Assembly (NCBI GenBank): GCA_002841765.1
Contig: PHAV01000006.1
Span: 1,446 to 65,445, forward strand
Length of the DNA stretch: 64,000 bases
Direction: 5' to 3'
From: Deltaproteobacteria bacterium HGW-Deltaproteobacteria-4
GTDB taxonomy: Bacteria > Desulfobacterota > Desulfuromonadia > Desulfuromonadales > UBA2197
Shown here: one piece after another, positions 45,984-56,686 of the stretch
How the letters are laid out: the number at the start of each line of letters is the position of its first letter
Position numbering within the stretch: the first letter of the stretch is position 1
Translations under genes and position numbers: made by a program
The notes under the pieces: model-generated
Seen by the model: the letters and a program-made list of their open reading frames with translations, nothing else
Database searches by the model: none
What the model was told of the DNA's origin: nothing

Positions 45984-47381
45984 ATGCAGACTTTCGTCAT
46001 CGCCGCCCCGGCTTCGGGGAGTGGCAAGACCACCATCACCCTTGCTCTCCTTGCGGCGTTGCGTCGGCGCGGTCTGGAGGTAGCGCCCTTCAAGGTCGGG
46101 CCGGACTTCATCGACCCCGGCCATCATGCTGCCGCCAATGGCCGGGTTTCCCGTAATCTTGATTCCTGGATGTGCGGCGAAGACGGAGTGCAGCGCAGCT
46201 TTGCCCTGGGATGTGCCGACGCTGAGGTGGCGGTGGTTGAAGGGGTGATGGGGCTCTTTGATGGTGCTGATGGAGGAAGTGAGGCCGGGAGTACTGCTGC
46301 CGTTGCCAAGCTCCTCAGCGCTCCGGTCATTCTGGTAATCGATGCCAAGGGACAGGCGCGCAGTGTGGCCGCTCTGATCAAAGGGTTTGCGGAGTTCGAT
46401 CCCGCTTTGACTGTCGCCGGCATCATTCTCAATCGGGTCGCCAGCCCGCGCCACGCTGAACTCCTTCGTGCGGCCCATGCCTCGGTTGCCGGCCTGCCCC
46501 CGCTGCTGGGGGTGTTGCCGCGTGAGCCGCAGATCGCCCTTCCGGAACGCTATCTCGGTCTGGTGACGGCGGAAGCAGCGCCGGAGAATGTCGTCTTTTA
46601 TGAGCGTCTGGCCGAATGGTTTGAGGCAGGCGTCGATGTTGACGGGCTGCTTGCACTCCCCCCTTTGGCAAAGAGGGGAAGGGGGAGATTTAATCTGAAC
46701 GAAATCCCCCTCGCTCCCCCTTTGCCAAAGGGGGAAGACAGAGTACGCATTGCCGTGGCGCGCGATGAAGCCTTCTCTTTCTGCTATCCGGAAAATCTTG
46801 AACTGCTGGAGGCAGCCGGTGCCGAGATCGAATTTTTCTCGCCGCTGCGCAATCATCATCTGCCGGTCGGGATCAGCGGTCTCTATCTCCCCGGCGGTTA
46901 CCCGGAACTTTATGCCCCCCAACTCGCCGCCAATCTTTCCCTCCTCCAGGCGATTCGCGCCGCTGCCAGCGCCGGTATGCCGATTTATGCTGAGTGCGGC
47001 GGCCTGATCTATCTTAGCGGCGGGGTGGCTGGCGCCGCTTCCGACCACTTCCAGCCCTTTGTCGCTCTCTTCCCGGCCTGGGCGCGGATGTTGCCGCAAC
47101 GCAAAGCCCTCGGTTATCGACAGGTCACCTTCCGTTTCGATACCATTCTTGGACCGACGGGGACGGTCGTCCGCGGTCATGAGTTCCATTACTCGGAGGT
47201 AGTGATCGCTGCAGAAGTGCCGCGCTCCTACGCGCTCAGCCGCGCCGATGGACAGATTCTGGAGGACGATGGCTATGTCCTCAATAACGTTCTGGCCTCT
47301 TATGTCCACCTCCACTTCGCCAGTCATCCAACGCTCGCCGGTAACCTGGTTGAGAGCTGCCGGCGCTGGAACGGCCCTTGA
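45984..47381 (+). CDS. cbiA: Cobyrinate a,c-diamide synthase
   Basis: SGSGKT, FKVGPDFIDP, VEGVMGLFDG, GGYPE, AECGG, HEFHYS, YVHLHF. Confidence 0.95.
   Translation: MQTFVIAAPASGSGKTTITLALLAALRRRGLEVAPFKVGPDFIDPGHHAAANGRVSRNLDSWMCGEDGVQRSFALGCADAEVAVVEGVMGLFDGADGGSEAGSTAAVAKLLSAPVILVIDAKGQARSVAALIKGFAEFDPALTVAGIILNRVASPRHAELLRAAHASVAGLPPLLGVLPREPQIALPERYLGLVTAEAAPENVVFYERLAEWFEAGVDVDGLLALPPLAKRGRGRFNLNEIPLAPPLPKGEDRVRIAVARDEAFSFCYPENLELLEAAGAEIEFFSPLRNHHLPVGISGLYLPGGYPELYAPQLAANLSLLQAIRAAASAGMPIYAECGGLIYLSGGVAGAASDHFQPFVALFPAWARMLPQRKALGYRQVTFRFDTILGPTGTVVRGHEFHYSEVVIAAEVPRSYALSRADGQILEDDGYVLNNVLASYVHLHFASHPTLAGNLVESCRRWNGP
46657..46735. repeat. Imperfect 79-bp palindrome (REP/MITE-like) inserted in frame in cbiA
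   Basis: TCCCCCCTTTGGCAAAGAGGGGAAGGGGGAGATTT...AAATCCCCCTCGCTCCCCCTTTGCCAAAGGGGGA. Confidence 0.8.
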
Positions 47382-49129
47382 GACCGGTTACGGCCCGGTT
47401 CGCAGCGCCAGGAGGAGGCCGGTTCGGCCGTTCCTTTGTCTTTGCCGGACTGATCAAAGTTCTACGTGCCGACGCTCTGGCTGAGGTTGCTCCGGCCTTT
47501 GCCGAACTGGAGGCGGCCGTCGCTGCCGGCTGTCATGCGGCCGGTTTTGTTGCCTATGAAGCGGCGCACGCTTTCAATCCCGATCTCCCGATCGGCGCCC
47601 CTCCGCAAACTCCCCTCCTGTGGTTTGCCATCTTTGCAGAGCGCCGGGAAGAGCTGGGGACGTCCCCCGTCTCCCCGCTCCGATTGCCTTTGGTGCCGCG
47701 CACAACAATCCCTGATGCCGCCGGCTATGAAGCGGCGATCACAGCAATCCACGCCGCCATTGTTCGCGGCGAGACTTATCAGGTCAACTACACCCTGCGC
47801 CAGCGCTTTCCTGTCCCGAACGATAGTGCGGCTCTCTTCTCTGCCCTTTGTCAGACCCAGCAAGCGCCCTTTTGTGCCCACATCGAGACCGGCGAACTAA
47901 CTGTCGTTTCGGCTTCGCCCGAACTTTTCTTTGCCCGTCAGAAGGAGAAGATCGTCATGCGGCCGATGAAGGGGACGGCCCGCCGCGCTGCCGAGAGCTC
48001 GGCTGATTGCGCGGTCCGGAGCGCGTTAGCCGCCAGTCCCAAGGAACGCGCCGAGAATCTGATGATTGTCGATCTGGTGCGCAACGATTTGTCGCGTCTC
48101 GCCATCATCGGTTCGGTGCAGGTCGAGAGTCTCTTCGATGTCGAGACCTATCCGACCGTTCATCAGCTCACCTCGACTGTGAGTGCGCAGCTGGCGCCAT
48201 CGACCACGACCTTTCAGATCTTTTCCGCCCTCTTCCCCTGCGGTTCAGTGACCGGCGCGCCGAAGCGTCGCACAATGGAGATCATCCGCGACCTGGAAGT
48301 CGCACCGCGTGGTCTTTATTGCGGTGCCATCGGTTTTGTCTCCCCCGGAGAAAGTGTCTTCAGTGTCGCCATTCGCACGGTGGTGATTGATCATGCGACC
48401 GGGGAGGCGGAACTCGGTATCGGCAGCGGCGTCACCTCGGATTCGTCGTGCGCCGCCGAATACGCCGAATCCTTTGCCAAGAGCCGATTTCTCGACATGG
48501 ACCCCACCCCCTTTGCATTGATCGAGGGCCTGCGCCGCCAGGAGAAGGGGGGCTATTTTTTGCTGGAGCGCCACCTACAGCGCCTCGCTGCTTCGGCGGA
48601 ATATTTCGCTTTTCCCTGGAATCGTGCCGCCATTCTGACGGAGTTGCAGCAGTGTGATGCCGAGCTCAAGGGGGCACACAAAGTCCGACTCCTCCTCGAC
48701 AAAGACGGGACAGTGACGCTGCGCGCCGAGCCCCTCCTTCCTGCGTCCCGTCGCTTCCCCCTGACGATGCTCCTGTCGCCACAGCGGGTGCAGCGCGATG
48801 ATCCCTTTCTTTTTCATAAGACGACCCGCCGCGATCTCTACAACGTCGAGCGGGCCCGTTTTCCCGGCGTGGATGAAGTTCTCTTCTGCAATGAGGCCGG
48901 GGAGGTGACAGAAGGGAGCATTCACAACCTTGTTCTGCGCCGCGGCGGGCGACTGCTGACGCCGGCGCTGGTTTGCGGTCTGCTGCCGGGGACGTTGCGG
49001 GGGGAACTGCTGGAACGGGGGATTTTGAGCGAAGCGGTGATCACGGTCGGGGATTTGCGGGCGGCAGAAGGACTGTGGCTGATCAATGCCGTGCGCGGCT
49101 GGCGGCGGGCCGTGCTGGTCGAAGAGTAA
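47378..49129 (+). CDS. pabB: Aminodeoxychorismate synthase component I fused to a class-IV aminotransferase/ADC lyase domain
   Basis: YQVN, SASPELF, PMKGT, KERAENLMIVDLVRND, FPCGSVTGAPK, then HKTTRR, EGSIHN, GLLPGT. Confidence 0.9.
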   Translation: MRPVTARFAAPGGGRFGRSFVFAGLIKVLRADALAEVAPAFAELEAAVAAGCHAAGFVAYEAAHAFNPDLPIGAPPQTPLLWFAIFAERREELGTSPVSPLRLPLVPRTTIPDAAGYEAAITAIHAAIVRGETYQVNYTLRQRFPVPNDSAALFSALCQTQQAPFCAHIETGELTVVSASPELFFARQKEKIVMRPMKGTARRAAESSADCAVRSALAASPKERAENLMIVDLVRNDLSRLAIIGSVQVESLFDVETYPTVHQLTSTVSAQLAPSTTTFQIFSALFPCGSVTGAPKRRTMEIIRDLEVAPRGLYCGAIGFVSPGESVFSVAIRTVVIDHATGEAELGIGSGVTSDSSCAAEYAESFAKSRFLDMDPTPFALIEGLRRQEKGGYFLLERHLQRLAASAEYFAFPWNRAAILTELQQCDAELKGAHKVRLLLDKDGTVTLRAEPLLPASRRFPLTMLLSPQRVQRDDPFLFHKTTRRDLYNVERARFPGVDEVLFCNEAGEVTEGSIHNLVLRRGGRLLTPALVCGLLPGTLRGELLERGILSEAVITVGDLRAAEGLWLINAVRGWRRAVLVEE

Positions 49130-49206
49130 AGAAAACGGGCGCCTCCTGAGGGAAACACCCGCTTCTTGTTTGTTGGGTTGTGCCGGAGCCCGCTCCTGCA
49201 GAATAA

Positions 49207-49674
49207 TCAGCGGGATTGGCCGAAGAGGGCTTTGAGATCTTCAGTGACGATCTGAGCGTGTCCATGTGTCGACGATGCATTGGCCAGATAGATATCCCGG
49301 ATCTTCGGATCGCTTATTTGGGCAGCGGTTTCGCGCAACGACTTTTCCAACGCTTCTTCCTGATCGATCGCCAGTTCGAGAGCGCGTTGCTCGTCGAAGT
49401 TGCCGAGGATGATCTTCTGCAGGGCCTTCCACCAATCCGATTCGGTATCCGGAGGGGCTGCCATCAGTTCGTCAAAGGGGGGGAGGTCCTTTCCGGAATA
49501 GACGTCGTAAAACATCCGCGCATGGTGCAATTCATCTTTGGCGAGGATTTCAAAGGTACGGCAGGCGCTTTCATCACTCATCTTGGTGGCGCCGTACTTG
49601 TAAAAGTCCATCGCTGCCTTTTCGGTCATGATCGCTGCCTTCAAGGCCTCTAATTCGTTGTAAATTTCCGACAT
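49207..49674 (-). CDS. Ferritin-like/rubrerythrin-family protein
   Basis: AIMTEKAAMDFY, LAKDELHH, LAIDQEE. GAGGAGG RBS. Confidence 0.8.
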   Translation of the reverse strand: MSEIYNELEALKAAIMTEKAAMDFYKYGATKMSDESACRTFEILAKDELHHARMFYDVYSGKDLPPFDELMAAPPDTESDWWKALQKIILGNFDEQRALELAIDQEEALEKSLRETAAQISDPKIRDIYLANASSTHGHAQIVTEDLKALFGQSR

Positions 49675-49795
49675 TACATTAACCTCCTCAAACGGATGAC
49701 TCATTGCGGCGGAATTTTAGCACAGCGCCGGAAATTTTCATCTCTTTTTTCACAGAAAGCGTTCTTTTTCTCCGGAAGTTCAGGAGATTTTCGTC

Positions 49796-51052
49796 TTAAC
49801 TGCGAATCTGCCCGTTGCCAAAGACAATAAACTTACGGGTCGTCAGGTCTTCCAGCCCCATCGGCCCAAAGGAGTGGAGCTTGGTGGTGGAGATGCCGAT
49901 CTCGGCGCCGAGACCGAGTTGATTGCCATCGGCAAAGCGGGTCGAGGCGTTGATCATGACCGTACTGGAGTTGACTTCGCGGATAAAACGCTGCGAGTTG
50001 CTGTAGTCACTGGTGATAATCGCTTCAGTATGCAGCGACGTGTAGATACTGATGTGGTCGAGGGCCGCGTCAAGATCCTTGACGACTTTGATTGCCAGAA
50101 TCAAATCAAGGTACTCCGCCGCCCAATCTTCCGCCGTCGCGGTTTTGGCTTCGGGAACCAGGGAGCAGACGAGCGGGCAGCCGCGGATTTCGACGCCGGC
50201 CGTGCCTAAGGCCGCGGCGATGCGCGGGATAAAATCCTGAGCAATATCCTGATGCACGAGGAGGGTCTCCATCGAGTTGCAGACGCCGGGACGCTGGACT
50301 TTGGCGTTTAAAGCAATCTCCTCGGCCATGGCAAAGTCTGCGCTGGCATCGACAAAGACGTGGCAGACTCCCTTGTAATGTTTGATGACGGGGATACGGG
50401 AATGCTCGGCGACAAAGCGGATCAGGCTCTCGCCGCCGCGCGGGATGATCAGGTCAATCTCTTCATCGCGCTTGAGCAGTTCGAGGATGGCTTCCCGGTC
50501 GGTGGTCGTCACCACTTGCAATGCTGCCGCCGGCAGATGTAACTCAGCCAGCACCCCCTGTAGCAGGGCGCCGATGGCGCGATTGGAATGGATCGCTTCC
50601 GAACCGCCGCGCAGGATGACGGCATTGCCGCTCTTCAGGCAGAGGGCGGCGGCATCGGCGGTGACGTTGGGCCGGGATTCGTAGACGATGCCGATAACGC
50701 CCAAGGGGATGCGCATCCGCCCGACCTGCAGTCCGTTCGGGCGCCGCCACATGCCGGTGACTTCGCCGACCGGATCGGGGAGGGCGGCGACTTCGCGCAG
50801 GCCGTCAGCCATGGCACGCACTCGCTTTTCGTCGAGGGCAAGACGGTCAAGCATCGCCGCCGAGAGACCCTTGTCCCGTCCGGCGTTCAGGTCGAGTTCG
50901 TTGGCGGCAAGGAGGGAGGGGATATTCTTCTCCAGCGCCGCAGCCATCTGGCCCAGCATTTCATCTTTAACCGCACTCGACAGTGTTGCCAGGACGCGGC
51001 CAGCTGTCTTGGCATCAGCGGCAATCCGCTGCATTTCTTCACGAATCGTCAT
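49796..51052 (-). CDS. proA: Gamma-glutamyl phosphate reductase
   Basis: [38 protein letters not shown]. Confidence 0.96.
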   Translation of the reverse strand: MTIREEMQRIAADAKTAGRVLATLSSAVKDEMLGQMAAALEKNIPSLLAANELDLNAGRDKGLSAAMLDRLALDEKRVRAMADGLREVAALPDPVGEVTGMWRRPNGLQVGRMRIPLGVIGIVYESRPNVTADAAALCLKSGNAVILRGGSEAIHSNRAIGALLQGVLAELHLPAAALQVVTTTDREAILELLKRDEEIDLIIPRGGESLIRFVAEHSRIPVIKHYKGVCHVFVDASADFAMAEEIALNAKVQRPGVCNSMETLLVHQDIAQDFIPRIAAALGTAGVEIRGCPLVCSLVPEAKTATAEDWAAEYLDLILAIKVVKDLDAALDHISIYTSLHTEAIITSDYSNSQRFIREVNSSTVMINASTRFADGNQLGLGAEIGISTTKLHSFGPMGLEDLTTRKFIVFGNGQIRS

Positions 51053-51077
51053 GAATTTCTCCTTGTGCACGGGGCAA

Positions 51078-52202
51078 TCAGGGGGTCTTGAGGACCAGAT
51101 TGTCACGATGCACGACTTCATCGGCATATTTGTAGCCGAGGATCGTTTCGATCTCGCTCGATTTATGCCCCATGATCCGCAACAGCTCGGTCAGGGAATA
51201 GTTGATAACGCCGGTGGCGATTTCGCTGCCGTCGGCACTGCTAAGACGGACGGCGTCACCGCGGTCAAAGCCACCTTCGACACCGATGATCCCGGAAGGG
51301 AGGAGGCTCTTGCCGCGTTCGACCATGGCGCAGCGGGCGCCTTCATCGACGATCAGCTTCCCCCGCGTCTTCTTGGAGAAGGCGATCCAGTGCTTTTTGG
51401 CCGTCAGGCGGTCGCGGGCGGGAAGGAAGAGGGTGCCGATCTCATCACCGGCAAAGAAGGCGAGGAGGGAATCCTTGACACGGCCATTGATAATCGCCGT
51501 GCCGATGCCGGAGAGGCTGGCACGTTTGGCGGCCTTGATCTTGGTCGCCATACCGCCGGTGCCGAGGTCGGTCCCGGAGCTGCCGGCCATGGCGATAATC
51601 TCGTCGTTGATCCGTTCTACGCAGGGGATCAGCTCGGCGGCGGCATCAGTGCGGGGATCGCGGTCGTAAAGGCCGGAGACGTCGGAAAGGATAACAAGGA
51701 GATTTGCTTCGACGAGGGAGGAGACCAGAGCCGAGAGGTTGTCATTGTCGCCGAAGCGGATTTCATCAATGACGACGGTGTCATTCTCGTTGATGATCGG
51801 GATAATGCGATGGTCGAGGAGAGTCATCAGGGTGTTGCGGGAGTTGAGGTAGCGGCGCCGATTGGCGAGGTCGTCGCGGGTGAGGAGGACCTGTGCCACT
51901 TTCAGTCCGTATTGGTGAAAAGCTTCCCCCCAGGTCCGCATCAGCAAGGTTTGGCCGATCGCGGCAGCCGCCTGTTTGAGGGGGATAGTCGCAGGACGAC
52001 CGGCGATACCGAGGTAGCCTTTACCGGCAGAGACAGCGCCGGAAGAGACGATAATGACCTCGTAGCCTTTTTGCCGCAACAGCGCGACCTGGTCGGCAAT
52101 CACGGCAATCTGGGCCGGTTCAATCCCCTGCGGATCGGAAAGGACGCCGCTGCCGATCTTGATGACGACCCGGCGCACATGGGCAAGAAGGTTGGAGCGC
52201 AT
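51078..52202 (-). CDS. proB: Glutamate 5-kinase
   Basis: KIGSG, SSGAV, AAAAIGQ, NENDTV, GDND, GTGGM, PUA domain. Confidence 0.96.
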   Translation of the reverse strand: MRSNLLAHVRRVVIKIGSGVLSDPQGIEPAQIAVIADQVALLRQKGYEVIIVSSGAVSAGKGYLGIAGRPATIPLKQAAAAIGQTLLMRTWGEAFHQYGLKVAQVLLTRDDLANRRRYLNSRNTLMTLLDHRIIPIINENDTVVIDEIRFGDNDNLSALVSSLVEANLLVILSDVSGLYDRDPRTDAAAELIPCVERINDEIIAMAGSSGTDLGTGGMATKIKAAKRASLSGIGTAIINGRVKDSLLAFFAGDEIGTLFLPARDRLTAKKHWIAFSKKTRGKLIVDEGARCAMVERGKSLLPSGIIGVEGGFDRGDAVRLSSADGSEIATGVINYSLTELLRIMGHKSSEIETILGYKYADEVVHRDNLVLKTP

Positions 52203-52252
52203 GGATGAAACTCCCAGATTCGTGGCGAAAATTGGAGATGAGGAGTCTGGAT

Positions 52253-53299
52253 CTAAAGAAGCGGATCCGTCGCTGCCGGAGCGTTCCGTTCCGCGCGGCG
52301 GGCTTCGATCTCGACTGCAATAGCATTGATCAGGTCTTGTACCCCTTCGCCGGTCGCCGCCGAGATCGGGAAGACCCGGTGGCCGCGCTCGGCAAAGAAG
52401 GCGAGGGCATCGGGGAGTCGCTCCCGAACGTCGGGGAGATCGAGCTTAGTCAGAACGACAAGTTGCGTCTTCGCGGCCAGTTCGACGCTGTGGCTGGCGA
52501 GTTCGCGATTGATCATGTCGAAATTTTCCAAAGGATCGCCTGGTTGCAGATCGGAAAGATCGACAAGGTGCAAAAAGAGATCGGTCCGCTCAACATGTTT
52601 GAGGAAGCGGGTACCGAGGCCCTGGCCGATACTTGCCCCTTCGATCAGGCCGGGAATGTCGGCCATGACAAAGCTGTTATAACCACCGCCGTAACTGACG
52701 ACGCCGAGGTTGGGGACGAGGGTGGTAAAGGGGTAGTCGGCAATCTTCGGCTTGGCGGCAGAGACCGTCGCAATCAAAGTCGATTTCCCGGCGTTCGGCA
52801 TGCCGACCAGGCCGACATCCGCCAAAAGTTTCAACGACAGGCGCAGAGTGCGTTCTTCACCGGGGATGCCGGGCTGGGTATGGCGTGGAGCCCGGTTGGT
52901 GCTGGTCAAGAAACGGGCATTCCCCCGACCGCCCATGCCGCCGTGCAACAGCAGGACGCGCTGGTCGGCCGAGACCATGTCGGCGAGGAGTTCATCGGTC
53001 TCGACATCGTAGATCAGGGTGCCGAGGGGGACGACGATCTCCAGGGCCTCCCCGGATTTGCCGTGCATATCCTTGCCCATCCCCGGCAAGCCGTTTTTGG
53101 CTTTGTGGTGGACTTTATAGCGGAAGTCAAGGAGGGTGCCGAGGCCGGGATCGACAACGACCCAGACATCGCCGCCATTGCCGCCGTCGCCGCCGTCGGG
53201 GCCGCCGCGGGGGATAAATTTCTCGCGGCGAAAAGAGAGGCAACCGCGACCGCCATCGCCGGCCTTGGCGTAGATTTTGACTTCATCAACAAATTGCAT
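52253..53299 (-). CDS. obgE: GTPase Obg
   Basis: FVDEV...[30 protein letters not shown]. Confidence 0.97.
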   Translation of the reverse strand: MQFVDEVKIYAKAGDGGRGCLSFRREKFIPRGGPDGGDGGNGGDVWVVVDPGLGTLLDFRYKVHHKAKNGLPGMGKDMHGKSGEALEIVVPLGTLIYDVETDELLADMVSADQRVLLLHGGMGGRGNARFLTSTNRAPRHTQPGIPGEERTLRLSLKLLADVGLVGMPNAGKSTLIATVSAAKPKIADYPFTTLVPNLGVVSYGGGYNSFVMADIPGLIEGASIGQGLGTRFLKHVERTDLFLHLVDLSDLQPGDPLENFDMINRELASHSVELAAKTQLVVLTKLDLPDVRERLPDALAFFAERGHRVFPISAATGEGVQDLINAIAVEIEARRAERNAPAATDPLL

Positions 53300-53371
53300 G
53301 GGGCTTCCTAATAGAAAAGCCCGGAGTCGCAGGGACTCCAGGCCTCTTCTGTGTGCATGGTGCCGAGTCGA

Positions 53372-53626
53372 TCAGGCCGGATAGACGCTGATCTTCTGGC
53401 GGGTCTTGTCTTTGCGCTCGAACTTCACAACCCCTTCAATCAGCGCAAACAAGGTGTAATCCTTGCCGCAGCCGACGTTGTTGCCGGGATGGAAGGTGGT
53501 ACCGCGCTGGCGGACCAGAATTGAGCCGGCGGTTACGGCTTCGCCACCAAAGCGTTTGACGCCGAGGCGTTTACCACCACTGTCGCGACCGTTGCGGGAG
53601 CTGCCAACCCCTTTTTTGTGTGCCAT
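53372..53626 (-). CDS. rpmA: 50S ribosomal protein L27
   Basis: [16 protein letters not shown]. Confidence 0.98.
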   Translation of the reverse strand: MAHKKGVGSSRNGRDSGGKRLGVKRFGGEAVTAGSILVRQRGTTFHPGNNVGCGKDYTLFALIEGVVKFERKDKTRQKISVYPA

Positions 53627-53638
53627 GAGAAATTCTCC

Positions 53639-53947
53639 TTACGCCTCAATGCCTGTAATTTTCAGGCGAGTGATCGGCTGACGGTGTCCGTACAGTTTGC
53701 GAGTGCCCTTGCGTCGCTTCGAATGGAAGACGAGGACTTTTTTGTCCTTGTCCTGTTCGACGATGCGTGCCGTGACTTTCGCCCCGGTGAGTAAAGGTGT
53801 TCCGATTTTAACCTCCGCTCCACCGACCATGAGGACCTCGACCAGCTCGATAGTATCACCTACCATGCCTTCGATCTTCTCGATCTTTAAAAGATCGCCT
53901 TCGGAAACTTTGTACTGTTTGCCTCCGGTCTTAATTACCGCGTACAT
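53639..53947 (-). CDS. rplU: 50S ribosomal protein L21
   Basis: MYAVIKTGGKQYKV...GHRQ. Confidence 0.98.
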   Translation of the reverse strand: MYAVIKTGGKQYKVSEGDLLKIEKIEGMVGDTIELVEVLMVGGAEVKIGTPLLTGAKVTARIVEQDKDKKVLVFHSKRRKGTRKLYGHRQPITRLKITGIEA

Positions 53948-54162
53948 AACTCTTCACCTCACTCTCACTTTTTTGTAGCGGGTTACTATAGGTAGGGCGG
54001 GTTTTGCTGTCAAGGAAAAATATGGCATTATCTCTTGTCATTGCTTTTTTTGTTTTGTGAGGGGATAAGTTGAAAACTCCGGTCTAGGATTTTTTCTGCC
54101 GATATGTTAGGGTCTTGACTCTGTTGCTGCCTATTTAATGTTGAATTGAGAGAGAAAATTAT

Positions 54163-54891
54163 ATGGCCTATCCCCACCTTCCCGAGGTTGATCTGCACAC
54201 CCATACCATTGCTTCGGGGCATGCTTTCAGTACCATTTCCGAGATTGCTGCCGCTGCTGCGGCAAAGGGTTTTCGTGGCGTCGGCATGACCGACCACGGC
54301 CCGGCCCTGCCCGGCGGGCCGCACGCCTACCATTTTCATGCCCTGCGCTTTATCCCCCCCACTCTGCACGGGGTGCGCATCCTGCGCGGCGTCGAGGCCA
54401 ATATTATCGGTCCCGGTGAACTCGATCTCCCTGAGCATAGTCTCAAGCGCCTTGATTTAGTCATGGCCGGGTTTCACGAAGATTGCGGTTTTCGCGGTCA
54501 CGATCAAGCGGAGAATACTGAGGCGCTGCTGCATCTGATGGCAAAACATCGCGTGCATGTGCTCACTCACCTTGGCAATCCGGTCTTCCCCATCGACGCC
54601 CTCGCTGTTGCCCGGCGGGCTGCTGAACTTGGTGTCGCCATCGAAATTAATAATGCCTCTTTCTCCATTAGTCGCAAGGGGAGTGCTGATAACTGTCGGC
54701 AGATGGCGCGCTATTGTGCCCAGTTTGGGACGTCGGTGGCGATCAGCAGCGATGCCCATATTGCCGAAACCGTCGGATTCATCGACCACGCTTTGCAGGC
54801 AGCCGAGGAGGGTGGCGTGCGTTGGGAGCAGATTGTCAACCGGACGCTGGAGAGCACCTTGGATTTTCTCGACCTTGATTCCGGGGGTTAA
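54163..54891 (+). CDS. PHP-domain phosphatase (YcdX-like)
   Basis: DLHTHTIASGHA, TDHGP, GVEAN, THLGNP, EINN, SSDAH. Confidence 0.9.
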   Translation: MAYPHLPEVDLHTHTIASGHAFSTISEIAAAAAAKGFRGVGMTDHGPALPGGPHAYHFHALRFIPPTLHGVRILRGVEANIIGPGELDLPEHSLKRLDLVMAGFHEDCGFRGHDQAENTEALLHLMAKHRVHVLTHLGNPVFPIDALAVARRAAELGVAIEINNASFSISRKGSADNCRQMARYCAQFGTSVAISSDAHIAETVGFIDHALQAAEEGGVRWEQIVNRTLESTLDFLDLDSGG

Positions 54892-54959
54892 ACGTGTAAC
54901 AATTGTACCATTCACGCTGCTACGGATGAATTTTATCTAACTGGAGGTCTGTTAAAACC

Positions 54960-55538
54960 ATGAGATTTAAAATGATTGTTGCTGGTGTTGCTGCCCTTTG
55001 TCTTTGTGCCGTCAGTGCTGGCGCTGCGTCTCTCGATCTGAGCCTTAACGATGACAGTGTTCAAGCCCAGTTCTTTTTGCCGGTGACGCAAGATGCCTAT
55101 GGTACCACTCAGGTCGGCGTCCGCGGTCTTTACAATGATGATCACGACACCAAGCTGGTTTCCGGCGAGATCGATTTCATCGGCAAGCCCGGTGATATTC
55201 CCGGATTGACCGCCGGCGTCGGGATGATCGTCTGGGGAGGTGAGGCAGGACGAGTGGTGGATGTTGATATCTTTTCGGTCGGGATCGGCGCCAAAGTCGG
55301 TTTTGCTCCGCCGCAACTGATGGGGATTGGCATCGACGGCAAGTTCTTTTACGGTCCGAAGATCCTTTCAGGCGGCGATTCAGAGCGCGTCTTTGAAAGC
55401 GGCCTACGGCTTTCTTACGCGATTATCCCCAAGGCCCGCCTTTTTGTCGAATATCAGAAGATCCATGTTGATCTTGATGGCGGTGGCGACGGCGATATTG
55501 ATGACGATTTACGCATCGGTTTTGAAGCAAAGTTCTAG
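54960..55538 (+). CDS. YfaZ-like outer-membrane beta-barrel protein
   Basis: Signal peptide, SLNDDSV, amphipathic strands, terminal Phe. Confidence 0.75.
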   Translation: MRFKMIVAGVAALCLCAVSAGAASLDLSLNDDSVQAQFFLPVTQDAYGTTQVGVRGLYNDDHDTKLVSGEIDFIGKPGDIPGLTAGVGMIVWGGEAGRVVDVDIFSVGIGAKVGFAPPQLMGIGIDGKFFYGPKILSGGDSERVFESGLRLSYAIIPKARLFVEYQKIHVDLDGGGDGDIDDDLRIGFEAKF

Positions 55539-56623
55539 GAAATCTTCACAATCTTTGGATCTATTGCACCCGCCGGATCCCCCGGCGGGTGTTTTAGTAT
55601 CCGGGTGATCGCTGCTTTCAGGGGGGTGAGGTCGGGTTCTTCGTCGGCAATCGTCACGGTGATGCGCTGCTCGGGGCAGGTGTGGCGGTATAGGGGGTCG
55701 TAATACAGGAGCATCAACTCTCTCGCCAGATCGTCCCAGCGGCCGGCTTCGAGGTAACCGAGGAGACGGTCATAATTCTCCCCTCCCAGCCGCGGCCGGA
55801 TCAGTGCCAAGGGACGGAGGAAGTCACGTTTGAGCTCGTCGCGGGCGGGATAATCGTCAAGGGTAATGCGGACGCGAGTTGCGATGGGGGCCTCGATCCA
55901 CAGGCTGGTCTCCACCTGCAGGGCGGCGTAGACTCGGGGAGGGAGGATGAGCCGGCCGATATGTTTACTCTCCCCTTCGGCCAGGGCATAACCGCCCTTG
56001 GGGATGCGGCGCATTTCATTCCAGAGGAGGGATTCAAAGGCGATCTGGGATGGTTGCGCTTCCAGTCCGAGATTGCCAAAAGCGCTGCCGCGGTGATTGG
56101 CGAGTCCTTCAAGATCGACCACCGGATAGCCCTCTGTCTGCAACATCTTGAGGAGTCGGGTCTTGCCGACGCCGGTCAGACCTCGTAATACTAGCAAACG
56201 TCCCCACTCGCCCTGTGCAAAAAAATCCCGAACGACAGCACGAAAAGCTTTATGCCCCCCCTCAATCTGCATGGTCGGAATGCCGGCAAGATCGAAGAAG
56301 GTGCCCAAGGCAAAACTGCGCATTCCGCCGCGCCAGCAAAAGACCAGAACCGGTGACTTATTGCCTGCCATCGCCGCTTCGACCTGATCGATCAGCCCCG
56401 GTATCTTCGGTGCCACCAGCTTGACCCCCAGGCGCTTGGCCCTCGTTTTTCCTTCGACCTTGTAAAGTGTTCCGACCCGGGCGCGTTCGTCGTCATCAAA
56501 GAGGGGGATATTGATCGCCCCGGGAATCGTCCCTTCGGCATATTCCGCCGGGGAGCGGGCATCGACGAGAAGGGCGCCTCGTTCGCGCAGGGCCAGAGCC
56601 TGTTCGATGGTAATTATCTGCAC
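55535..56623 (-). CDS. mnmH: tRNA 2-selenouridine synthase
   Basis: DARSPAEY, FCWRGGMRS, GLTGVGKT, DLEGLANHRGSAFG, YYDPLY. Confidence 0.93.
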   Translation of the reverse strand: MQIITIEQALALRERGALLVDARSPAEYAEGTIPGAINIPLFDDDERARVGTLYKVEGKTRAKRLGVKLVAPKIPGLIDQVEAAMAGNKSPVLVFCWRGGMRSFALGTFFDLAGIPTMQIEGGHKAFRAVVRDFFAQGEWGRLLVLRGLTGVGKTRLLKMLQTEGYPVVDLEGLANHRGSAFGNLGLEAQPSQIAFESLLWNEMRRIPKGGYALAEGESKHIGRLILPPRVYAALQVETSLWIEAPIATRVRITLDDYPARDELKRDFLRPLALIRPRLGGENYDRLLGYLEAGRWDDLARELMLLYYDPLYRHTCPEQRITVTIADEEPDLTPLKAAITRILKHPPGDPAGAIDPKIVKIS

Positions 56624-56686
56624 CGTTGCAAGTATCCTTGGGAAGAGATGGCGTAAAGTGGCGCTGAATCTATCCCGCTATTCGGA

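Noticed and set aside
45363-47327. 654-aa reverse-strand ORF
   Set aside because: Shadow of cobC/cbiA in GC-rich DNA, with no recognisable motifs.
50688-53311. 506-aa and 368-aa plus-strand ORFs
   Set aside because: Antisense shadows of proA/proB and obgE.
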